Shown here piece by piece: positions 45,622 to 54,958 of a stretch of DNA of 64,000 nucleotides. The stretch's first letter is position 1; each line of letters starts with the position of its first letter. Origin of the DNA: a virus (Duplodnaviria > Caudoviricetes); the IMG/VR virus record IMGVR_UViG_3300032250_000184, positions 8,708-72,707 of that record. One strand, written 5' to 3'. The notes below the pieces were generated by a model. That model saw only the letters and a list, made by a program, of their open reading frames with translations, did no database searches and had not been told where the DNA came from. The translations under genes were made by a program, and so were the position numbers.

Positions 45622-45669
45622 AGTATAACATTATGTAGTGTGTGTGTCAAGCATAATTGTGGTACACTT
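45622..45669 (-). promoter_or_regulatory. sigma70 promoter with upstream 12-bp box
   Basis: TTGACA-17-TATACT; AAGTGTACCACA at 45669-45658. Confidence 0.75.
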
Positions 45670-45671
45670 GT

Positions 45672-46937
45672 TTATCTGCCAACTTGTGGCAAATACTTGG
45701 CCTTGGTTTCTTCCCAAGACAAGTAAATTAGGTCATCATAGAATAAAGAATCGTAAGAAACAGTATTCTTCTTCTGTAATTGCCTAATTCGACCCTTAGC
45801 ATACTTGGTTTTCCAAATATTGGCAAGGGCTTCTTCACTGGTATCAAACGACTTTACCAGATCAGAATCGGTAATCTCCTTACGGAGAAATTCAAAGGTG
45901 TTGTTGTAGAGAGGACTAAAATAGATACCACGTTGATGTTCGGTGCGAATCAGTTCTTTTGGTATTTGCAGTTTAGAATATGCAAAGTTTAAAGAACGAT
46001 TCTTATGGTCACGCTTAAGTGGAAGTCCTTGTGTATTCTTGGCTTCCCACCACTCAAAGTATTTACGAGTATGATTCTCTTTGATCCAATCAAACACTAT
46101 TTTTTTGGTTGACCTCGATGGTTCGAAAGCCACAGAACCAGAAGAAAAACCCATAGGATTCCAATGTTCAAGACCATCGTACTGCGAGAGGCCTCCAGCC
46201 TTTGTTTTTCCATAGAGTGACGTTGTAGTAACGCCAACAAGAGTGTCTCCATATTGTCTTTTCCAATCTGCCTGAACTGTATCAGATAAACACATCAATG
46301 CCAGTAACTTACCACCCATGTAATTAAAACCTAATGGTTGTAACGGAACGATGGTGGATCCAATTGCGGTGTGATTAATCATGTGTTGCTGTGTCTTAAC
46401 ATCTCTCGACCATCCGATGGCGTTATCTCTTGGAGTCAAGTCCAGAAAGTCTGAGGAGATACAGATAACACCAAGATACTTACCAGTAACTTCATCTGTT
46501 AAAACATAAAATAGATTACGACCAATATTTGAATTGTTCTTCATGGTTGATGAGAATGTGCGAATGGCATTCCAACGAGCTGCATCTTCACCATTAGACA
46601 ATACCATAACCGGTTTTAGTTTTTCATAATCATCAGGAGATTCTGGCACCCAAAAGTTTTTTCTAACTTCTTTAATAAGTTTATCTTGCTCAGGATCAAC
46701 CATTTGTAACTCTGTACCAAATATAGTACTGGCTTCAAAGACAGGATATCTTTCTTTCACTTCACACCATTTTTGATATAGAGTATATTCACGAACATCC
46801 ATTTGTGATGCGTATGTTAAGTCCTTGATGAGGACTTCTTTCATATTTGCTTCATCAATGTGATGAAATGAATTGACAGGATTTTTCTCTTGCCAATCAT
46901 TCCATTGTTTTTCTACATACTCAATTGGTGTTGCCAT
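45672..46937 (-). CDS. DUF4338 / DruA-like protein (paralog 2)
   Basis: IGRNLF, IVPLQPLGFNYMGGKLLA, TTTSLYG, SQYDG. Confidence 0.7.
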   Translation of the reverse strand: MATPIEYVEKQWNDWQEKNPVNSFHHIDEANMKEVLIKDLTYASQMDVREYTLYQKWCEVKERYPVFEASTIFGTELQMVDPEQDKLIKEVRKNFWVPESPDDYEKLKPVMVLSNGEDAARWNAIRTFSSTMKNNSNIGRNLFYVLTDEVTGKYLGVICISSDFLDLTPRDNAIGWSRDVKTQQHMINHTAIGSTIVPLQPLGFNYMGGKLLALMCLSDTVQADWKRQYGDTLVGVTTTSLYGKTKAGGLSQYDGLEHWNPMGFSSGSVAFEPSRSTKKIVFDWIKENHTRKYFEWWEAKNTQGLPLKRDHKNRSLNFAYSKLQIPKELIRTEHQRGIYFSPLYNNTFEFLRKEITDSDLVKSFDTSEEALANIWKTKYAKGRIRQLQKKNTVSYDSLFYDDLIYLSWEETKAKYLPQVGR

Positions 46938-47542
46938 TATTTTTTAATCTTTGCCAAGTTGTTATTCATCTTGTTAACCATCTTCAATATCTTATCTCGT
47001 TTTTTAAAACCACTTTGTAATGCCATTGGTTTTACTTTACTAGTATACACGATTCCATTTAAATGGTCAAGCTCATGTTGAAAACAACGAGCAGACATAC
47101 CATTAAAGGTTGCCTGTTTCCATTCTCCATTAAAGTCTTGGTATGTTACCGCAACTTCTTCTGGTCGTGTGATACTCAATGCCAATAAAGGAAAAGATAA
47201 ACAACCTTCGGCCATATGCACTTCTTTGTGAGATTTCAATACAATACTTGGATTAAAAAATGCCACAAAATTATCACCAGAGCCCATTACAAATACTCGA
47301 TAAGGAAAACCACATTGGTTGGCAGATAATCCATAGCCATTGTGTTTCTTACAGGTTTCAACCAATGAAGAGGCAAACTCCATTGGATTAACTGGTGCAT
47401 TTGTAAAATCAAATTCAGGTAAGACCTGACGAAGAATTGGATCGGTATCTGGTATTAAATCAAATAAAGGAATATCATATGTTGTTGCATAATTGTTATC
47501 CTTTAATGTATCTTCTGTGTTAAAAACAATTGTTTCACTCAT
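46937..47542 (-). CDS. def: Peptide deformylase
   Basis: GYGLSANQCG, EGCLS, QHELDH. Confidence 0.95.
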   Translation of the reverse strand: MSETIVFNTEDTLKDNNYATTYDIPLFDLIPDTDPILRQVLPEFDFTNAPVNPMEFASSLVETCKKHNGYGLSANQCGFPYRVFVMGSGDNFVAFFNPSIVLKSHKEVHMAEGCLSFPLLALSITRPEEVAVTYQDFNGEWKQATFNGMSARCFQHELDHLNGIVYTSKVKPMALQSGFKKRDKILKMVNKMNNNLAKIKK

Positions 47543-49254
47543 TTTGCAATCCTACTGAAATTGTTATGCTTCTCGAATTTAATAACCGACCGAAATTTAT
47601 CAAACAACTGGTCACCTTTGTGTGAGATAACAAACACATTGGTATCTGTTCCCATCTCATGAATCAACTTCAAAAATTCTTCTGTGCCAACACCATCAAG
47701 AGAAGAATCAAATACCTCATCAAGAATTAATAGATTGGTATTAGTACTATTTTTTAACTTAGCAATTTGTCGCCACGTAAACAATAGAGCCAAATCGATA
47801 CGCATCTTCTCACCTTCAGAAAAGTTGGCATACGAGAATTCATCACGGTGCCTAGACTTAATTGTTTCTTCAAACGATTCATTGATGTTGAAGTTTACAA
47901 AGAAGTCCATGGCAGTCAAATACTTATTAATCAATTTATTCATGATAGGTAAATATTGACGAATGATTTTGGTTTTGATGCCAGTATCTTTCAACAATGA
48001 TCCTGCAAACTCATAGTATTGTTTTTCTGTGGCCAGTTCTTCTTGTTTTTTAATTAATGCACCAAGTTCTTCTTTGAGTTCTTTTAACTTGGCATTTTCT
48101 TCTTCAAGACTGTCTTTGTGGTTGGTAAGTTCTTCTACTTCTTTTTGTAATTTTGTAACAAATTTATTGATGGCAGATATTGTTGAGTTGTGTTTGACCA
48201 CTTCATTGTTATGTGCCGTAATGTGTTTAAGTCCGTGTTGTATTTCTTCGATTCGTTTATTTGTTGCCGTAATTTGAGCAGAGATATCCGATAAGGCTGT
48301 AGAGACCTCTGACTTGGTATTATTAAGAACAGAAACTTGGTCGGTTCGAAAAGACTCCGCAATTCCTTGTTTGCAAGTTGGGCAATCAGAGTGTTCTTCA
48401 TAAAAAGTTACCTCTTTATCAATCTTCTTAATGCGTGATTCAAGTTTAGACTCTAGTTGAATTAACTTGGCACTTTTCTTTTGAACTGCCATTTGGTCAG
48501 AAATCTTACTTTGCAATACGGCAATATGTTTCTGTATTAATTCAACATCTCTTTCTAAAGTAAAGATTTGATCAACTGAATCAGCAATCTCTTTACGCTT
48601 CTTGGCAATTTCTTCATCAGAACGACTTTTATGATCTTCAATACTTTGTTTCTGAAAGTTGATTCTTTCTGAAGATATATCCATCTCATATTTGTTTTTG
48701 ATTGAGATGTCTTTGATTGATGACATTTTCTCTTTAACAATTCCGTTCATAGAGGAAAAGATGCCAATGTCCAACAAATCTTCAATAATCAATCTGCGAT
48801 CAGCCGGAGATAATTGCATGAAAGGAACAAACGATGCCGAACCAAGAATAACCACTTGTGTAAATGATTTATAGTTAATCTTGAGAATGAACTTCTCCAA
48901 AAACTCTTGATAGTCTTTTGCCTTGGCATCTTGATCGAGTAGTTTGTCATTAAGATAAACCTCAAACACATTTGGCTTAATACCACGAATTACTTTATAT
49001 TGTTTTTTGCCAATAGAAAATTCAATCTCCACAACACAATCGGATTGGTTGATAGAGTTTAATAATTGTGGTTTGTTTATCTTACGAAACGGTTTACCAA
49101 AAAGACCAAAACACAATGCATCAAGAATCGTGGATTTACCCGCACCATTGTTTCCAATGATGAGAGTATTTGGTGATTTAGTAAAATTTATTTCCGTAAA
49201 GCTTGTGCCGGTCGATAAAAAATTACGCCATCTAACTTTTTGAAAAAATATCAT
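47539..49254 (-). CDS. 46: Recombination endonuclease ATPase subunit (gp46, Rad50/SbcC-like)
   Basis: GNNGAGKS, CPTC hook, FSEGEK, LILDEVFD. Confidence 0.96.
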   Translation of the reverse strand: MIFFQKVRWRNFLSTGTSFTEINFTKSPNTLIIGNNGAGKSTILDALCFGLFGKPFRKINKPQLLNSINQSDCVVEIEFSIGKKQYKVIRGIKPNVFEVYLNDKLLDQDAKAKDYQEFLEKFILKINYKSFTQVVILGSASFVPFMQLSPADRRLIIEDLLDIGIFSSMNGIVKEKMSSIKDISIKNKYEMDISSERINFQKQSIEDHKSRSDEEIAKKRKEIADSVDQIFTLERDVELIQKHIAVLQSKISDQMAVQKKSAKLIQLESKLESRIKKIDKEVTFYEEHSDCPTCKQGIAESFRTDQVSVLNNTKSEVSTALSDISAQITATNKRIEEIQHGLKHITAHNNEVVKHNSTISAINKFVTKLQKEVEELTNHKDSLEEENAKLKELKEELGALIKKQEELATEKQYYEFAGSLLKDTGIKTKIIRQYLPIMNKLINKYLTAMDFFVNFNINESFEETIKSRHRDEFSYANFSEGEKMRIDLALLFTWRQIAKLKNSTNTNLLILDEVFDSSLDGVGTEEFLKLIHEMGTDTNVFVISHKGDQLFDKFRSVIKFEKHNNFSRIAK

Positions 49255-49257
49255 TCG

Positions 49258-49449
49258 TTATGTGGGTTGTTTTACTTGACTTTGTGCTTGTTGTACAACT
49301 TTATCAATAAGTTTTCTACTGATTTTATGTGGCAATTCATCCAATGAAGCTAATAAAATATTAACTTCAGATAAAGTTAATGTTAAATTGAATTCTTGAT
49401 CTACCTTTTCTGTTTCTTTTACTTCTACATCTTGAACATTTTCGTCCAT
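49258..49449 (-). CDS. Hypothetical protein
   Basis: 63 aa ORF with GGAG RBS. Confidence 0.6.
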   Translation of the reverse strand: MDENVQDVEVKETEKVDQEFNLTLTLSEVNILLASLDELPHKISRKLIDKVVQQAQSQVKQPT

Positions 49450-49468
49450 TTTTTTCTCCTTTTGAAAA

Positions 49469-50578
49469 TTAAGCTTGCTCTTGGTTCAATGCCTCAACAT
49501 ATAATTCTTTCATTATAGTTTTCAGCTTTTCATTGTCGATATGTTCTTCTTTAATACTGTCTACATACTTGCCAATAATTGACATGGTATCTTCAGCTTG
49601 ATCCAGCATATCATCTTCCATGCCTTCTGTCAAGTCTGTAAAGTCTTCCGCAATGGTAATATCGATTGGATTAACTTTGTATAAGTTGTCCATAAACTTG
49701 TCAAACAGATAGGGATTAGTTTTGTTGAGTACCACAACTTTAACATAGGTATTGGTATACTTACTCAAATCTTTGCTGGTAATCTCCGTAATGGAGTTTT
49801 CTTTATCATCATAAACAATGCGGTGAAACATTACATTGGGGTTTTTTATGAAAGTAAGATCGTAAGTATTAAGATCAAAAAGATGAAACCCTCTATCGTC
49901 ATTATAATCTTGCCAAGTAAGTTCATACGGATTGCCAAGATAGTGTATGTTGCCATTTGAACTGCGATGATGATAGTGGCCACTAAAAGTAAAATCGAAG
50001 CGTCTGAATAAGTCACTACTTAATCCTTCTAATGATGGCATACCACGATGCATGGCAAAACCTGCAATCTCGAAATGACCCATACAAACACTTGCATCAG
50101 TATCCGATAAGACAAACATTGAATCGTTATAATTTTCTGGACAAATCCAAGGCATCATACAAATAGGATATTTTTCATCATTCAACCAAATTGTGGTTGG
50201 TTTGTCGATGACTGTAATATTGGTATACTCTTGTAATAACAATCGAACCGAGTTTACCTCATTTGTATTTTTAAAGTATGTGTCGTGGTTACCAGCCAAC
50301 ATATAAACTTTGATATTCATATCATACAACCGGTCAAAGAACATTTCTCTGGCTCGTTTGAAGGTAAAAAAGTTAATATATTTTCTACGATCAAAGGTAT
50401 CACCAAGTATTAATACCGTGGTAATGCCTTCTTCTTTTAATTTTGGAAAGAAAGTTTCGCTGTAGAACTTCTCATAATAATCTAAGAAATGAATTGAATC
50501 GTTTCTGGCACCGAAATGTTGGTCGGTAATGATTGCTACTTTAGTTGCGGTCTGGTTTTCTTTTGTCAACATCGTCAT
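49469..50578 (-). CDS. 47: Recombination endonuclease subunit (gp47, Mre11/SbcD-like)
   Basis: DQHFG, GDTFD, GNHD, GHYH; start uncertain (50593, 50578 or 50572). Confidence 0.95.
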   Translation of the reverse strand: MTMLTKENQTATKVAIITDQHFGARNDSIHFLDYYEKFYSETFFPKLKEEGITTVLILGDTFDRRKYINFFTFKRAREMFFDRLYDMNIKVYMLAGNHDTYFKNTNEVNSVRLLLQEYTNITVIDKPTTIWLNDEKYPICMMPWICPENYNDSMFVLSDTDASVCMGHFEIAGFAMHRGMPSLEGLSSDLFRRFDFTFSGHYHHRSSNGNIHYLGNPYELTWQDYNDDRGFHLFDLNTYDLTFIKNPNVMFHRIVYDDKENSITEITSKDLSKYTNTYVKVVVLNKTNPYLFDKFMDNLYKVNPIDITIAEDFTDLTEGMEDDMLDQAEDTMSIIGKYVDSIKEEHIDNEKLKTIMKELYVEALNQEQA

Positions 50579-50702
50579 AATATTTAATTTCAATCACAGA
50601 ATCAATTGGTTGTTTGTTGGCAAACTCTGTTGCCTCGGTTAAGGTTTCAAATCCTTTAAATCGTACAGCCGAGCTCTGTATATAATAACAGACTTTATAC
50701 AT
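50541..50702 (-). CDS. 53-aa hypothetical protein between genes 55 and 47
   Basis: MYKVCYYIQSSAVRFKGFETLTEATEFANKQP...; below track cutoff. Confidence 0.55.
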   Translation of the reverse strand: MYKVCYYIQSSAVRFKGFETLTEATEFANKQPIDSVIEIKYYDDVDKRKPDRN

Positions 50703-50706
50703 TATA

Positions 50707-51261
50707 TCATTCTCCTAAAAACTTTTCAATCCCTTTTGACTTCTTTGCCGTTGCAATATCCTTCTTTGCCTGTTTTGCTTCTTCATAGTTGCCAATAAAC
50801 TCTGCAATGTTATCGTATAGTTCAAACTGTTTTGTGGTACCGTCTTCTAGTTCCATCATTTCCATTTCATCCAATATACCCATTTGTTCTGTGGCTTTGT
50901 ACTTCACATAGGTCTGTTTCTTTTCTTTTGATATTCTTCGTAAAAAGGCAAAGTATACAATCTGTGTAAAGTAAGCAAATGGATTCTTGGACTTGGCAGG
51001 ATCAAAGTTGTCAAAGTACATCAAACAGTTCTCAATACCATCCGACATCATCTCATCACGATAGGTATAGTTAATAAAGTTTGGCTTGTGAGAAAGACCT
51101 TCTGCAATCTTCATAAAGCACTCTCCAATATAGTTTGGAATAGCTGGAGGTGACTTTTTATCTTTAATTGCCTTCTTGCAAGACTCTTTATAGTCCACCA
51201 AAGCTTTCAGAAAATCTTCGTTATTAATGTAATGTTTTTGCTTAGCCATAAAATATACCAT
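50707..51261 (-). CDS. 55: Late-transcription sigma factor (gp55)
   Basis: HYINNEDF, NFINYTYRDEMMSDGIENC, NPFAYFTQI. Confidence 0.96.
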   Translation of the reverse strand: MVYFMAKQKHYINNEDFLKALVDYKESCKKAIKDKKSPPAIPNYIGECFMKIAEGLSHKPNFINYTYRDEMMSDGIENCLMYFDNFDPAKSKNPFAYFTQIVYFAFLRRISKEKKQTYVKYKATEQMGILDEMEMMELEDGTTKQFELYDNIAEFIGNYEEAKQAKKDIATAKKSKGIEKFLGE

Positions 51262-51270
51262 AAAAAGTTG

Positions 51271-51299
51271 TTGACAAAGGGCTTGCCATCGTGTATAGT
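51271..51299 (+). promoter_or_regulatory. Antisense sigma70 promoter divergent from gene 55
   Basis: TTGACA-17-TATAGT on the plus strand. Confidence 0.55.
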
Positions 51300-51330
51300 T
51301 CTCGGTGTCCCCCTTTGATGTTAATATTAA

Positions 51331-51708
51331 TCAATGTAATACCTGTCCTTCTGAATCTTGTAATGCATCCATAATATCTTCGATTTCTTCATCGGTCATC
51401 TCGTCAGAGAGTTCTTTTGCCTTCATCAAAGACTTAATCTTTTCCACAGTATTTAAATAGTATTCTTCAAATTCGGTATTAGGTTCAAACACCGTAAGCA
51501 CATCACAAGATTTAATGGTAATCTCATTCTTTTTAATGAGTTGTACTGGCAACCAATGATGCATTACTAAACCACTTTCAGAACCTCTGTTATTGATGTA
51601 TACTGACATTGGTTCCTCAATTACAATCTCATCAACTGGATTTCTTGAAAGGCAACCAATCACATCTTCTCCGGTTTTTAACCGAACTATCTTTACTATG
51701 CCGTTCAT
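51331..51708 (-). CDS. Conserved hypothetical protein (Sm-like N-terminus)
   Basis: IVRLKTGEDVIG; position between uvsW and 55. Confidence 0.7.
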   Translation of the reverse strand: MNGIVKIVRLKTGEDVIGCLSRNPVDEIVIEEPMSVYINNRGSESGLVMHHWLPVQLIKKNEITIKSCDVLTVFEPNTEFEEYYLNTVEKIKSLMKAKELSDEMTDEEIEDIMDALQDSEGQVLH

Positions 51709-53198
51709 TTCTTGAGTCCTATTTTGTAAGTTTTATAAACAAACTGTTCTTCATTATATATTTTAACTCGTTCAACGAAATGTTTCAAAGTAAAATTCAT
51801 ATGTTTCTTGTATCTTAAATCGTCTGCAATGTCGTAGAGGGTGGCTTTTTCTTTTCCTTCACTCTGTCGTAATCCTCTGCCGATTGATTGTAAGTTCCGT
51901 ACTCTAGACTTTGATGGACTTGCGAATATAATATTGTGCAAGTTTCTAATGTTAATACCAGTACTAAAGGTGCCAAAAGAAGCAACAACAATCGCATCAT
52001 TTTCAATTTCCATTATTCGTCTAACTTCTTCTCTATCCGTAACATCAGTACCACCATGGATAAAGAACACTTTTCTATTACCAATATTCTTGGTGTCTTT
52101 AATCATATCATACAGTATTTGTCCATGTTTGTCAACCATTTGATATAATATCAAAGTATTATTACCTAAGCTAACTGCAAGATTCTTAATGAATTTATTT
52201 CTATTCTCATTTGAAATGAGATACTGTATTTCTTCTTGGTAAGTTGAATCTTTCATTCTCAAACACACATCATCATCGTGTTTAAGTATTAGGCATTTAA
52301 TTTCAAAGTCTGATACCTGTTGTTTATCGATCAACTCTCTTGTAGTTATTACCTTTTTAACTGGACCAAATAATCCTTCTAGTACCAGTTTATGTGTTTT
52401 GGTACCATCTAGAGTGCCTGTAAGACCTATTCTATATTTAGCATTGACACAGGAGGTAAGTATAGTGGTAAGAGATTGAGCTTTGAATAAATGTGCTTCG
52501 TCACCTATGATATAATCAAACTGTTCAAAATATTCTTTTGGAAGTTTATACAAGGACTGCCAAGTGGATATTGTCAACGGTTTGTCTGTGTCTTTTTCTT
52601 TGCCTTGATATATTCTATGAAGATACGGTTCCATATTTTCATTATTATAATCTGCAAAGTCTGAATATAACTGTTCAACCAAAGAAGTGGTTGGAACAAT
52701 AACTAGTCCTTTAAGATTTTGGTATTTGTATAACTGTTGGAATATTAAGTAAATGATTAATGATTTACCTGAAGCTGTTGGTGACAATAACAAACATCTT
52801 CGTTTTTGCATGGCATGAATATATGCCTCTATTTGATGTTCTCTTACCTCAATGGGTTCACCACGAGCATGAACATTTAATTCACCAATAAATTTTTTGG
52901 CATGATAGACTGAATATTCATCTTGTATATCCAAGCCATCTTCATATTCGAATGTATATTCTCTCGATTCACAAAATTGTTCAATGTAAGGTAATAATCC
53001 TCGATACAACATGGAGGTTTGTAAGTTATACAAACGTATTTTTCCATCCCATACTCGATTGCGAAATGCAGGAACAAACTGGTGACCAGGAACAAAAAAG
53101 GTAAAAAACTCCGATAACTCCTGTGCAATGTGTCGTTCACAGGTTATCTTGGCATAGACTTCATCTTTTTTGGAAATTAATATATCATTGTCCGCCAA
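51705..53198 (-). CDS. uvsW: UvsW SF2 helicase
   Basis: SPTASGKS, DEAH, GLTGT, QSIGRGLR. Confidence 0.95.
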   Translation of the reverse strand: MADNDILISKKDEVYAKITCERHIAQELSEFFTFFVPGHQFVPAFRNRVWDGKIRLYNLQTSMLYRGLLPYIEQFCESREYTFEYEDGLDIQDEYSVYHAKKFIGELNVHARGEPIEVREHQIEAYIHAMQKRRCLLLSPTASGKSLIIYLIFQQLYKYQNLKGLVIVPTTSLVEQLYSDFADYNNENMEPYLHRIYQGKEKDTDKPLTISTWQSLYKLPKEYFEQFDYIIGDEAHLFKAQSLTTILTSCVNAKYRIGLTGTLDGTKTHKLVLEGLFGPVKKVITTRELIDKQQVSDFEIKCLILKHDDDVCLRMKDSTYQEEIQYLISNENRNKFIKNLAVSLGNNTLILYQMVDKHGQILYDMIKDTKNIGNRKVFFIHGGTDVTDREEVRRIMEIENDAIVVASFGTFSTGINIRNLHNIIFASPSKSRVRNLQSIGRGLRQSEGKEKATLYDIADDLRYKKHMNFTLKHFVERVKIYNEEQFVYKTYKIGLKK

Positions 53199-53619
53199 TG
53201 AATCTCTCCCAATCGATAAATGACTTTAACTCCCAATGCCGATTCTTTAACTCACCCATGATGGATTCTAATACCGAAACCACTTCTTCATGGTACACCT
53301 TCTTTTCAAGTAACTTAATTAAGTGTGCATCAGCCTCAAGATAGGCATTAATATCCGATTTCAATACAAACTCAAAAGGTTCCCATCCATATTCTTCCAG
53401 TTCTTCTTTGCTTAATCTTCCAGCATAGTAATCTAATCTGATTTTCCTCATGCGTAGATAATCAAAGTGTGCCTTTTTAGAGGCAATCTTGTGTTTGGTA
53501 AGAATGGAGAGATATTTGTTGTGTAGTGTGGGTATGCGAATGAGTTCTTTACCAGGCTCTGTCTGGTCCATTGCCGCATCATTTTCCCAATGTTTTAATA
53601 CTTGTTCTAGATTTTCCAT
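53185..53619 (-). CDS. uvsY: UvsY recombination mediator
   Basis: LHNKYL, YLEAD; upstream of uvsW; promoter TTGCCA-17-TATGAT at 53679-53651. Confidence 0.88.
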   Translation of the reverse strand: MENLEQVLKHWENDAAMDQTEPGKELIRIPTLHNKYLSILTKHKIASKKAHFDYLRMRKIRLDYYAGRLSKEELEEYGWEPFEFVLKSDINAYLEADAHLIKLLEKKVYHEEVVSVLESIMGELKNRHWELKSFIDWERFIGGQ

Positions 53620-53692
53620 AATATTTTCAATAGTCTAACACCAATTTTACATCATAACACAATTCATGTTACATGGCAAGAATTAATGTTAA

Positions 53693-54229
53693 TTAAACTG
53701 GTACAAATTTAAACTGGTCATATACAAAAGTGGCATCTGCCGTAATCACATCATCAGCAGATTGTTTCGTGTCAAATATAATGTCCGATAAAGATACAGG
53801 GAACATATTGGTAAACTCTACACGGAGTATAGGGTTGTTTAAGGCACTCAATACCGTCAATGTGGCATCCGAGTATTGTTGTTTATCACTAGCCATATTA
53901 TTATATTGATTCTGTAATGCGGTTTTTAGATTGCGTTCATCAGTACCATCTGGTGATGCAAAAGAACGGAACCAATCATGCAAGTCTATCCAACTCTGTA
54001 CATCTTCATTGACTAGAAAAGTCATGTTGAAGTTGTTGTATGTTATTTGGTTACCAGGCGAGTATACAACTACACTTGGAAAGTTGATTGGGGCCTGTCC
54101 TACACTTACCCCTGGTATGTTTACTGACTGGCAGAACCATGTGGCATTAGGTATCCGACTGAAGGTCATCAGAAACTTTGTGGGTTGAAGATAGTTATTA
54201 TTTTCAGGTGTTCTAGTTAATACAGACAT
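53693..54229 (-). CDS. 3: Tail completion / sheath stabilizer (gp3-like)
   Basis: NYLQPTKF, FCQSVNIPG, FLVNED..W, FPVSLS; synteny after gene 23. Confidence 0.8.
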   Translation of the reverse strand: MSVLTRTPENNNYLQPTKFLMTFSRIPNATWFCQSVNIPGVSVGQAPINFPSVVVYSPGNQITYNNFNMTFLVNEDVQSWIDLHDWFRSFASPDGTDERNLKTALQNQYNNMASDKQQYSDATLTVLSALNNPILRVEFTNMFPVSLSDIIFDTKQSADDVITADATFVYDQFKFVPV

Positions 54230-54258
54230 GGTATTTCTCTATAATGATATACAGGTAT

Positions 54259-54846
54259 TTAGTCTTGTAATTTAACAGCTTTCCAACCTTTGTGTGAACC
54301 ACGAGATAGGTTACCTTGGTCTAGTTCATTATCTCGACAAAATTTTTGAAGATTTTTAATAACCATCTGTTCGCCTGCTGGACTGGTAACAGACCATTCT
54401 TTGGATAACTTGTCTGCGACCTTTTGTTTCTGTGATTCTGGTTGTTTAAAACCTATACGAGAAAGTCGAAGTTTTTCACGGTCATATATGCCATTGGCCC
54501 ACCGTTCTTTTTGCACTTGACTAATGTGATCTTTTTGTTCTTCAGACCACCAACCTTTATCAAAACCACCATCCAATCCATTTTCACCTTTAAGATTGGC
54601 CCACTCCTTAGATTCAACTATATTGTTTTGTTGTGAGAACTTGGTGGCATATTCTACCAAAGATTCTTCACTATCAAACAATTGGTACCATAAAGTCTTT
54701 ACATGTTCTATACCATGTTTCTTGATGTGTCGTTTCCAGTGTATGCCAGAACCAAGATATTTCACTGGATCGCCTTTGGTGGTCTTACCGAAGTATTTTA
54801 GACCAGTAACGGAATGTTGTTTGATGTATAGATATGTGGTTTTCAT
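54259..54846 (-). CDS. Seg-like GIY-YIG homing endonuclease
   Basis: YLYIKQHSVTGLKYFGKT...YLGSG; late promoter CTAAATA at 54880-54874. Confidence 0.85.
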   Translation of the reverse strand: MKTTYLYIKQHSVTGLKYFGKTTKGDPVKYLGSGIHWKRHIKKHGIEHVKTLWYQLFDSEESLVEYATKFSQQNNIVESKEWANLKGENGLDGGFDKGWWSEEQKDHISQVQKERWANGIYDREKLRLSRIGFKQPESQKQKVADKLSKEWSVTSPAGEQMVIKNLQKFCRDNELDQGNLSRGSHKGWKAVKLQD

Positions 54847-54884
54847 AATGTTAAAATAGTAAAGAATTATATGTATTTAGTCAT

Positions 54885-54910
54885 AAAAAAAGGGAGTCTT
54901 TCGACTCCCT
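54885..54910 (-). terminator. gp23 terminator
   Basis: AGGGAGTC-GAAA-GACTCCCT then T run. Confidence 0.88.
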
Positions 54911-54958
54911 TCTTAAACATCACTCTTTTCGGTGATTTAATGTAATGTAAACAACAGC

